Assembly: GCA_002256025.1 (NCBI GenBank)
Contig: NKIB01010367.1
Span: 62,001-93,582 of the forward strand
DNA length: 31,582 bases
Direction of reading: 5' to 3'
Origin: Asterionella formosa
Lineage: Eukaryota
Position numbers and translations under genes: made by a program. Below the pieces are notes generated by a model, which searched no databases, was not told where the DNA came from, and saw only the letters and a program-made list of their open reading frames with translations. Shown here in pieces: positions 11,040-20,740 of this stretch (the stretch's first letter is position 1; each line of letters starts with the position of its first letter).

Positions 11040-12502
11040 CTGGAAGGTCTGGTAATCAGCGCATTTGGCTTGCAGGTGGCTCATTTTCTGGTCATAGATT
11101 CACATGCGAAAAAATGCAGGGGTACATCCCCCAAAAATTGTCTGACACCTAAATTTTGCGCCACCCCATTATCTTTAAATAATTGTTTGCATAAACATTA
11201 AGCCGTTATTCGGTTTATGGTCAAACTGTACTTTAAGTCAGCAGTCAGCAAGTTGAAGTTAGCAGTCAGTGATTTTATGTCAGCAAATGAAGTCAGCAGT
11301 CAGCGAGTTTTTCAAATTTTTGCGAATCAGTTAGCAGTCAGAAAAACGAAGTCCACAGACAGTAGTTAGCAACTTGAAGTCATCATGATTTTTATTAGAG
11401 AATTTAAGATCATGCATACTGGTAGTGAAATGAAGAAGTAGATAGCAATGACTATTTAACATGTATTATTACCTCTGTGTTACTCCCAATAACAGGTACT
11501 AGCTATGGTAGTAGAGAATGCTTCAGTATCCTACAACGAAAAGATGCGTTTCCATTGTTATTCAAGAGAAACAGCAATTGAAAATGTTGTTTTTCCTTTT
11601 CTTGTGCAGAACCCCCCAGTTCTAACTTGTGTCCGAGTTTTCAAACAAGAGAGGATATGATGCAAGATGCAATGCATTGTAAAGTGATCTCTGTGGTGCT
11701 CCAATGCGGTATGTGTAGTTGGTATTGATTTGATGCATTTGCGCTAGTTCTGTCAGAAAAATTTCGTCTTCATGCAAACCATATAATATTTTCTAACCGT
11801 CACATATAAAAATAATTGCATGTATGGTAAAATTTTAATCAATGGCTTTGAGCCACTTCGACCGTTTTTGTCACTTTTAGAATGGATAGATCTCAGTTAA
11901 TATATGTTCAAGTAAAAAATGATCTAATTCTCATGTAGCTTAATGACTAACTAATATCGTGCCAAAAAGGCGAGAGAGAGGATCGACTTTAGCAAAATTC
12001 TAGAATAAGTCGGAAAACGATATAATAACGTGGCTCAAAGCCATTTATAACTTTTACCCCATAAATAAATAAAGAACTTTTATTCCAAAATATGGAAAGT
12101 CCATGAAAAATGAAAATTAAACACAATTCGTACTATAGTAGGTTTCTTCCTACCCAGTAGGTTGCTTGAAGTCAGCAAGTTAAAGTTAGTAGTCAGCGAT
12201 TTCAAGTCACTTGATAGAAAATGAACTCAGCAGTCAGCGAATATTTCAAATTTTCAGCAAATCAAGTCAACATTTAGCAAAATGAAGTCCGCAGTCAGCA
12301 AGTTGAAGATGATAGTCAGCGATTCTGCTGTGAAAGGTGGAAGCGCTTTCAGTTTGAAACTTTGAAAGAGTTACAGGTAATATAAATGCATGGAAATATT
12401 TTAAATTTGAGCTGGTCAGGCTATCAATGAATTAGGTTGAAACCGCTAAGTGAAATTTCTAGTTTAATATGCGCGCAATCCGCTGATTACCGGACTTCCT
12501 GG
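11040..12502. mobile_element. ~1.46-kb non-autonomous TIR element with a probable TA target (Tc1/mariner/pogo-like)
   Basis: Left end TA|CTGGAAGGTCTGGTAATCAGCGCATT. Right end, reverse-complemented, CCAGGAAGTCCGGTAATCAGCGGATT, followed by TG. The five mismatches in the first 22 nt are all transitions. Internal GTCAGCA-rich ~150-bp direct repeats (about 11237-11390 and 12168-12325) and an internal inverted repeat. No ORF. Confidence 0.75.
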
Positions 12503-12701
12503 TGAATTAAATTTGATTCTTATGTAGTACATAGAGGTCCAATCCTCACCCGAATGGCTGTAAGTATTGATTCCCACAACACATCGACCATTATTTGAGT
12601 ACCGGTATGCTGGTACCTTGTTAACAGGAGTACCAGGAAGGATCCGGTAGCGTACCTTTTATGCGCACTTCTTCTGTTTCGACTCACTCCCACTGAGTCG
12701 T

Positions 12702-12881
12702 CTTATGCCTAGCAGACGAGATAGGCTGGCTTTCCATTCCAAACTCTCTTAAGTAAACTTCTATAGTGTTGAATTATCAATCATTGAATCGCCTTATGCC
12801 TAGCAGACGAGATAGGCTGGCTTTCCATTCCAAACTCTCTTAAGTAAACTTCTATAGTGTTGAATTATCAATCATTGAATC
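12702..12881. repeat. Perfect 89-bp tandem duplication (period 91)
   Basis: 12702-12790 is identical to 12793-12881 (CTTATGCCTAGCAGACGAG...ATCAATCATTGAATC). Confidence 0.97.
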
Positions 12882-12995
12882 CAAGTCGTGCTCTGATCAT
12901 CGAAATTGTGTTCACCTACAACTAGTACTGGTAACGGTATTCAGCAACTGTACGACGGTTTACTAATAGTATTCACCAATCAGTAACTTCCTGCT

Positions 12996-13082
12996 GTCGT
13001 AGTCAGCAATTTCTAGTCATTGTCAGCAAAATCTAGTCGTTGTCAGCACCTTCTAATCGTTGTTGGCAGATTTCTAGTCGTA
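12996..13082. repeat. Minisatellite, about 4.3 copies of a 20-bp unit (GTCGTTGTCAGCANNTTCTA)
   Basis: Units start at 12996, 13016, 13036, 13056 and 13077. They share the GTCAGCA core with the neighbouring TIR element. Confidence 0.9.
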
Positions 13083-13886
13083 TGTAGTCCTCACCAGCCA
13101 CTGGATTAGTACCATAAACAAAAGAGTCATTTTACAAATTTCAATGGACTATTAATTGATATTCTTATATAGAGAGAATCAAACAAAAGTTGGTTCGAAT
13201 TACAGACTGCCCTAGAGTAGAGTGTCGCATACTGTGAAAGTGTTAAATCTCTCGTGGTAACTTCGTCATTTTGAATTGTGCATCATCTCAAGTACATGAA
13301 GAAATGCGCCATCGGCAACTTCAATTTTTGTTGTTAATATTAGTGTTTTTACAGTTATTTTTTTGCGATTGTATAATTCATGTTGTGTTAGATATATTTA
13401 ACAATAGCAAATCATCATTCTCGTTTTCCGAGACAGAGACAGCATGATGCAGGATTCTGCAGCCGCTCACAAGAACTACTCTTACACTGTAGTGTTTGAT
13501 AAATAGAAACAAATCGCAACATCTAAGCTAAAAAACTAGATATACTCGCGTCTACAAGGGCTACCTCGGATACCCTGAAAATCTATCCTATGTAGCCATA
13601 GTATATGTGATAATCATGTGATTTTTCATAACCCTAATGTAATCAGAAGTTCGTTTGCTGCTTAAGTTTAAGCAGGAAGTCAGATTCCTGCTTCCGTTAA
13701 AAGCTTCCTCATGGGGAAGGCCAGCGTGCATGCATTTCGCCATGCCGGCCCATCCCAAACGATCTTAAAGTATAATGCCTTAAGTTTTTGCGGCAAATTT
13801 TGATACGTGTATCAAAAATTCACTTCGATGTGTACAAGCACGTTTTCCGTATATCCCTGGTACCTGGTACTGGGAATACATGCTTA

Positions 13887-14622
13887 CCAGGGAAGGTGAG
13901 GTAATTGCGCCTACTACTGCGCGATTTTTTGGTTTCAGCCCGCCTGCAGGGCTTTACAACTACAATTGACCGTTGGAATCGGCTGTCTTCCCAGCCAATG
14001 TTCCTTCCAAGTTAATTGAATTTGTAACCGCATTTAGTGATTTGGCGTTTGCTCCTTCATAAACCCTCCAATTTGCTCACTACACGAAATTTTTGCTCAT
14101 CGCTGAAAAAATTTCCTCAACGAAAGTTAGCACGGTTTAGCAGTTATTAACTTTTCTTAATTGCGGTTATAATTTGAATTTCCTTAATAAAAAACATTGG
14201 CTAGCCGAAACTTTAATTATCAAGCAGGAATGGAAGTCTTAGAACTTACACAGCATCCAACCCTGTTGGGACAATTAACTTGTGGACCATTTATGATTGA
14301 ACAAGTGCATTGCAATGGAAAAATTACTATTTGCAGAAATGCTAATGTGGAGGATCGGATTTATATCTGGAATGTTCGGCTTTCTCATTGAAGCTTCTCT
14401 GGATTCTCGAATTGAGGCTTACCTCTGGGTTTACAAACTAGTTTTAAATTCTCATAGTTTCTGTTTTACAATTATTTGTAGACTGGATTACCTTAGGGTT
14501 GTTTAATACTAGTACAGACATTGGATACAGCAAGTTGCGATCATTTTGCTTGAATAAAAAGTTTATTATCGGAGAAAGGGAGCTAAATATTGAGCTTCAG
14601 CAGAATTACCGCAACTTGCAGG
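13887..14622. mobile_element. Putative 736-bp TA-flanked non-autonomous element with CC...GG ends
   Basis: Left end TA|CCAGGGAAGGTGAGGTAATT. Right end, reverse-complemented, TA|CCTGCAAGTTGCGGTAATT. The TIRs are imperfect and resemble those of the 11040-12502 element. Confidence 0.5.
14197..14391 (+). pseudogene. Ty3/Gypsy integrase C-terminal (GPY/F module) remnant
   Basis: FNYQAGMEVLELTQHPTLLGQLTCGPFMIEQVHCNGKITICRNANVEDRIYIWNVR matches the Gypsy pol tail pattern Y..G..VL......KL.....GP(Y/F).I..VH.NGT..I.......R.NIR. A purine tract GGAGAAAGGGAG at 14571-14582 may be a PPT. Confidence 0.8.
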
Positions 14623-15234
14623 TATGTACGTAAGGCTATTGGGCCGACAATAGGTATAATGCCGGCTGCACATCCATCAAAGAAACAATCGTCATTGTTA
14701 ACGCATCACTTTCATGCATTATCACTTCAGTTCTACCGGACAAAATACCAGGATTATGTGTACCTCCACTGCTGAACAATCGTCCGGTTTTTTAGAAAAT
14801 GATCAAACTGTTAATCATCAAGACGAACAAGGTGAAGCTAGTGATTTTCGGTTGAAGTTATAGTGAAGATCACCTTCACGGTGTTCTCCCAGACGATTGT
14901 CTGGTACCTGCCTGGTAGTAGATCGTAGTAGCATCCTGCCAAAGGCTAAATTAATTTATAGAATCCTGTGTTGTGTTCACGGATCAGTTTTTCGTGAGTT
15001 CAAGTCATTCTTTTGGCAAATGCTTGTTGTGTTTGGTAGGCCTGCCTGCAGTAAGTCATTGAATAGTTGATGCAGGTTGAAATGCACAAGCTAAGCAAGT
15101 TAAGGAAAGGTAAAGCATGTTTCATAATATTAATATATATGTTTATTTTTTTTATTTGCTACTACAATATTATTTGCTTCCTTTTGTCACAAATCTTTCC
15201 CTTCCTTCCATCATGTCCACAGAACTTGGCTATA

Positions 15235-16230
15235 CTCAGCAGAACCATGTTTAATGCATGTTTGATAGGCGCAGCTTATCGTTCCAGTCTTCCCTTCTTC
15301 GAACAAACTCCACTGAATTAGAATTTGATTTTGATGAATCTGTCAGCGAACCCGAATACATTTTCACTCTCCACATGTGTTGATATCCTTTGTTATGATT
15401 ATAGAATCAATAACTCAATACCAGCTATGATGGTTTTCGTTTTAACTAGTGGATGCAACTCAAATTGTATTAAATTTCTCGAGTTGACTGGCTGTCAGTG
15501 GACCAACACCATATCTCGGTTTCAAATTCATGAATCAAGAAACTTCAACATGACGATGAAATTATCCTACAAATCAAAAAGGATAGTATGGTTTATGGCC
15601 CATTCATACTCCTCTATTTGTAGGCAAGTCTTTCATTGTGCTCAAAACAACATATTCGCAGTTTTAAGTTATTCGACGAAAATTGAATTGTTTCATTGAG
15701 TTGAACTCTCAGCAGACCCAAACCGAGTCTCACTTTCAATATGAATCATTAGCTTTCATGATATGACCCTTGATTATCCAACACAACAAAGCTGTTTTAA
15801 ACCTAGTCGACACAGACCTAATTATTTTATTTGGTTCACCTCTCAGTAGTAGACCCAAATCGATTTTCGCTTTCCATATGAATCATCACTAGTAGTCTTC
15901 ATCATATAATGATAGATTATCCTGTACAACAAACAGTATGTATCCACTTTTCGAACGAGTCCACAAACCTGACCAAACTCTTTGTTTTCGATTGAATGCT
16001 CACTGGATCCAAATTGAATTTCTCTTTCCATGTGAATTGTTATTCTTTGTCATGGCGATACTTTGTCAAACAAAGCTTGACTCAAGTAGAATTGATTGTT
16101 TACATAATCTGTCACCTAGTAACCCCAAATTAGTTTTGCTTTTTTACTTTCATACCATATGAATTCTTCTTTTTCATTTTGACCATAGATCTTCTCCAAC
16201 AACTCAAAACATAACAATGCTGTTCCTTGT
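15235..16230. repeat. Old degenerate tandem array, about 6-7 units of ~110-215 bp
   Basis: Recurrent core CT(C/G)TCAGCAGACCCAAA...TTTC(C/A)ATATGAAT at about 15340, 15492, 15706, 15840, 15999 and 16109, partial at 15235. ATTATCC and GTTTTAA blocks recur in several units. Confidence 0.75.
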
Positions 16231-16740
16231 TCATACAAGTTGTTCTTCATAATGACCTAATTACCTAGCAAATCAAAACAGTAAATTTTGTACTTTTTGT
16301 ACTGTTGGTGCCGCTTAAATCTTAGCAGTAGGCCAAAAATTTTCGATCTGAATTGATGATTATTGTCATGATGTGAGATCATATCAAACACCTCGAAATA
16401 GCATGACTCTTGTACTGCTAGCTAGTAAAAATGCTAGTCACATGGTGCATTGAGTGTTTTTGAACCGTTCAAATTCATGCACGATTTCATACATGCATTC
16501 TGTATTTATTGTTCGTGGCCGTGTTTCGACATCACGTATGGCATACGAACGGATTCTGGATTCCGTCCTGTGGTACTTTCGTGTGTAGAATTCATTGTAT
16601 GTAGCCTGTTCATATCTCACCTACATAAATGTCGAAGTGTCCGGTAAAACTGAAATGCAACTCATCAGCAGCCATCCAGAGTCGTACTTGATACCATGGT
16701 ACCATGAAGCTGTACCGGTACTTTCATTGCTGTCGCTTCC

Positions 16741-17658
16741 ATGACTCTAACGAGTGATGATGGGATAATGGAGACCCAATATCACGACGAGATTGTGCCT
16801 TATCTCAAGGCATTTCTAACCCCAGCATCACTTGAGGAACAAACTCGATTCGGGCGCATCAAGTGCTGTAATGTGTCTCGGTCGTTGTATTGCTCTGAAT
16901 GCTATAGTCTTCTGGTACCTCAGTCCCATTGGCCGCTGAAACTGCAAACATCGGATGCTAAATCAATGCTCCTACCGTTCAACCTATGCGTAGTGCTACA
17001 TGACAGGCGAAAATCTGCCACAGGACTTCATGCTGCAGTTCTTGACAAGGCCAATCAGACACATCAAGTGACTGTTGTAGATATCGAGCGAGGGGAACCA
17101 ATGCCACAATTTAAGGCGAACGATGGTACCTACCTTTTGTTTCCGTCACCTGACTCGGTACCACTCGCATCTGCAGCGACTAGCATTAGTACTCTCGTTG
17201 TTTTGGATTGCAAATGGACGCGCTCAAGTAGTCGGGACCACGCCTCGATTTCGAATTTGCCAAAGGTACACTTGACAAATCCTCCCGTTGAAAGCAATTA
17301 TTGGCGATGGCACAATGCAGGATCAGGTATGCTATCTACCATGGAAGCTGTATATGTGGCAGCCAAAGAAGTGTCCGCGGCCTTGTCCATAGGGGAAGAC
17401 TCTGATTATTTGGCACTATTGTGGTTGTTTGCTCTCCAAAGGGCAGCCATTTTGCGCCATACTCAAGTCCAACTTAGAGAGCCGCCGTTCACTGACGCAG
17501 GAAAGGAAGAGCAACGTGCGTTAAGACGACAACGGGGTACAGAGAAGCAAAATAGACATGCTCACGACGCGTTGGTTCAACTTCAGAAGCATGCCCGACC
17601 CGCAGCCAAGAAGCCAAGGTGGTGTTCAGAACTTCTTACCTACGTCGATAAAAGATGA
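16741..17658 (+). CDS. DTW-domain protein (tRNA-uridine aminocarboxypropyltransferase, DTWD1-like)
   Basis: SLYCSECY, LPFNLCVVLHD..KSATGLHA, LLFPSPDS, LVVLDCKW (DTW-motif position), LPKVHL, YWRWH, LSTMEAVY, LLWLF. Single 305-aa ORF, with a possible alternative start at 16768. Confidence 0.88.
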   Translation: MTLTSDDGIMETQYHDEIVPYLKAFLTPASLEEQTRFGRIKCCNVSRSLYCSECYSLLVPQSHWPLKLQTSDAKSMLLPFNLCVVLHDRRKSATGLHAAVLDKANQTHQVTVVDIERGEPMPQFKANDGTYLLFPSPDSVPLASAATSISTLVVLDCKWTRSSSRDHASISNLPKVHLTNPPVESNYWRWHNAGSGMLSTMEAVYVAAKEVSAALSIGEDSDYLALLWLFALQRAAILRHTQVQLREPPFTDAGKEEQRALRRQRGTEKQNRHAHDALVQLQKHARPAAKKPRWCSELLTYVDKR

Positions 17659-18248
17659 TGCCATTTGTATGCGTATTGCAGCGATTGGGACATGATTTCA
17701 TAATTAAAATACATTAAACGTCAGCTGAAGAATTGCCATTGCCGATTAGGTGAGGGGGGATTGATACTGTTGTGTCCAATTCATGTGGTATCAGATTTGA
17801 TTAATGTCTCATGACAACATTCACGAAGCACAGCCAACGTGTCATTCTCCTAACTAGGTTCCGTTGATATTGTATCAACAAATCTTGTTCGTGCTCGCCC
17901 ACTTACAACGGAGCTCCTATCTACACGACTTGGTATTGATTGTTGAACGAGGAAAACTAATTTTGCAATAAATGAATCTGTTGGAAATCGCTCAAATTCA
18001 CCTACTTACAACGGAGTCCATGACTTAAATTATGCCGTTCCGTCTCGCGTTAGGAGGGCCCACCAATACATTAGAATACCTTTCTTCTTGGAGATGATGT
18101 AATGGCACGGGGTACTCCAACCCCCTTGTACCTGTTAATCAAATTTTTCTTGACAGCCTTTTTTAAACTGGGATAGACGAGAAAGAAAAGAAAACCTCCA
18201 TACTTCCAATTAGAAAATAGCGTTCGTAACGTGTGTTAATACCTCTAA

Positions 18249-19496
18249 CTAATCAATCAAGACACCAGCTTTCGTCTGGAAGTATTTTGGCACAGACACT
18301 CGCCCAGCAAAGTCCATGACCTGACCCAACAAAATTTTCCCTACAGTTAAATCTGGATTCTTTTCCAGCAATTGATCAATGCTGCCATCAAAAAAGTCGT
18401 TGTATCCAGAGAGCAAATCCATCAATCCATCGAATTGTCTTGATAACCACTTCGTTAAGCCACCGTCGAGAAGTTGTCTCAAATTGATCGTTTCCTTCGG
18501 AGGCACGACTGCTTCTCCGGACAGTCCCAAAATGGCATCAAAGATTAGATTCTTCTCGTTCGGATCTAAATCTTTTACCATACTTGCTAAAAGGTCATTC
18601 ATTTGAGAAGAGTCCTTCAAGGCACCCTGGACCATAGTGCCCACGCTTTCCTTATCGACGCAAACATCATCGTCTGGCGAACGTTGATGCTCTGCGAGGT
18701 AGTGATGAGACGAAGGCACGTCTTGGAGTATTGGAAGCATTTCTTGAATCATACGAGTTATTTTGGTAGATTTTTTCAAGGTGTGGATCAATTGGTTCGG
18801 ATCCTGTCTTACTCCTAGTAGTGAACGCATGGTGTTCACCTTAGCATGCACATGATACTGTCGAGCAACGTCTGGCTTGAGCTTGATCTCAGCAGTTGCT
18901 GGACATACTGGCGGATCTCTTGCTACAGTATAGTTTCGTTTGCGTTGGGTATTTAGTATCTCGTCGAGTTGAGCCCAGTCCACATTTGACGACTTGACGG
19001 CTGCCAGAGACGTCAAGGCCCGATGAAATAGTTCTTGGAGAGTATCCGAGGGGGTTTCAGTTATCGATTGTTGACTGAAAAGTGCTTCAAGTGCAATCAA
19101 GTCTGGTTTTTCAAATTCAATCTCTCGCTTCTCTGGTCTCTTGCTCCCTACCAAATTGGAATTATACTGCAGCAATTGTACCCTTTGAATGACTTTCGAT
19201 ACAACCAATGCTTGTTGCTCTTCACTCGCTGATAGCCTCAATGTTAGATTCAACGAGCGATTTCTAAGCTTTTCAATCGTTTGAATTATCTCTTCTACGC
19301 GAGAATCTGGTTGAGATTCTTCTTCTATACTCTGTTCAATAACTTTGACGGGAACGACGATGGGAGTCCTTTCTATGGGCGCTGGATGAACCGAGTTCCA
19401 TATCCATAGCAAGTATCCCATACTAAGCAAGACATTCGCAATTAACAAGAGAATTAGCCCCTTGGCAGCGGCGCGACGAGCTGTGGGCTCGGACAT
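18249..19496 (-). CDS. Hypothetical 415-aa protein with an N-terminal membrane anchor and coiled-coil segments
   Basis: Long intronless ORF. Hydrophobic GLILLLIANVLLSMGYLLWIW near the N-terminus, then heptad-like VEEIIQTIEKLRNRSLNLTLRL. No family recognised. Confidence 0.8.
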   Translation of the reverse strand: MSEPTARRAAAKGLILLLIANVLLSMGYLLWIWNSVHPAPIERTPIVVPVKVIEQSIEEESQPDSRVEEIIQTIEKLRNRSLNLTLRLSASEEQQALVVSKVIQRVQLLQYNSNLVGSKRPEKREIEFEKPDLIALEALFSQQSITETPSDTLQELFHRALTSLAAVKSSNVDWAQLDEILNTQRKRNYTVARDPPVCPATAEIKLKPDVARQYHVHAKVNTMRSLLGVRQDPNQLIHTLKKSTKITRMIQEMLPILQDVPSSHHYLAEHQRSPDDDVCVDKESVGTMVQGALKDSSQMNDLLASMVKDLDPNEKNLIFDAILGLSGEAVVPPKETINLRQLLDGGLTKWLSRQFDGLMDLLSGYNDFFDGSIDQLLEKNPDLTVGKILLGQVMDFAGRVSVPKYFQTKAGVLID

Positions 19497-19921
19497 GATA
19501 AAATTAAAAGTTGGCAGCTTGAGTGAGAAGGATAGAAGGTAGGGACCTGTTCAGCATAATCATCAAGTTTTACAGCGATCTGTGCTCAACAACTGATCTC
19601 ACAAAAAGTCTGAATCTGCTGCATTTTTAAACCACTGTAAGCGAATCAGAAAAATTTGCACCATAAATGTTTCGAGGCCAAATGTTTTGAAATGGTCCGT
19701 ACACCTTCCCGGGGGCTGGATTTCTCTTCACGCACGAAGTCTCTCACGTGCTCGTAGTAGTACCTAGTACCACCTAAAAACTGCTTTGAACCTCTATCGA
19801 AATTATTTAACCGCCTTGAACCTCTATACGTAGAATAACACGTTTTGTCACGAATTTCGGATAGTTTTTTACAAATCTGAAACGATCCATCTGAAGCTGA
19901 GCATGTAGCACTTCTCTATGT

Positions 19922-20740
19922 ATGAACATTGCTACACTGAACATTCATTGTGTAATGTACGACGATGTTTATGAGGAGCTGTCCAAGACTGTAATTGCAA
20001 CAAAATTGGAACAGCCAGCTTGGTTCAATCAAGAAGGGAGCATTGTTCAACTGGAAGAAGAAGCATTTGGTTTAAAGTCACAATACAAAATCCTGTACAA
20101 TGATAAATTCATATTTGCTAATGAGGTGGGAAGCAATACAAGTCAAACCAAGGATAGCCACTATGGAGGGGAATAACACTTGGTACTTGGTGCAGCTGCA
20201 AGGCCTCAACAAAAGTGGTGTGCTCAGGAAGATGCCCATTTCACTGTCCTGGGATTTACGGCTTCTACCGGGGAACCCCTAATGTGCGCTTTAATCTTCC
20301 CTGCAAAGGAACTGGAGTATGGTTGGGTACAAGGACTGGGTGGGCGGGGGAAGACGACGACATGAAATCAAATACAGGGGGTGAGGGTAAACAATATCCA
20401 CAGGGTCCTGTGTGTGAGTTCAAAGGCAAAAAACTACCAACCATGTGCTGTTGCTCTGAAAGTGGGTGGTCTATCACTGCAGATCTCCTTGTTGCTATGC
20501 TGAAAGTCATTAATAAAAGTGAAGTGTTTGACAGAACTGAGGGTATTGCTCCCTTTCTACTACTCCTTGATGGACATGGCTGGCTCACGTTTCGACTTGA
20601 CTTTCTTGGAATATATAAACAATCCTGTTAACCCATGGAGTGTATGTATTGGCGGGCCTTATGGCACCTCGTATTGGCAAGTTGGAGATTCCAGCCAGCA
20701 GAATGGAAGTTTCAAGATGAACACTGGTAAAGCAAAGATA
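19922..20740 (+). pseudogene. pogo-like (Tc1/mariner superfamily, DDE_1-type) transposase remnant
   Basis: Frameshifted pieces: FIFANEVGSNTSQTKD (DE->NE), HFTVLGFTASTGEPLMCALIF, GPVCEFKGK, SITADLLVAMLK, PFLLLLDGHG/SRF, CIGGPYGTSYWQVGDSSQQNGSFK. These give the three catalytic positions of pogo-type enzymes. The N-terminal DNA-binding part is absent. Confidence 0.85.

Noticed and set aside
15235..16230. CRISPR- or integron-like array
   Set aside because: The cores are too divergent, spacing is irregular, the spacers are partly homologous to each other, there are no cas or integrase genes and the context is eukaryotic.
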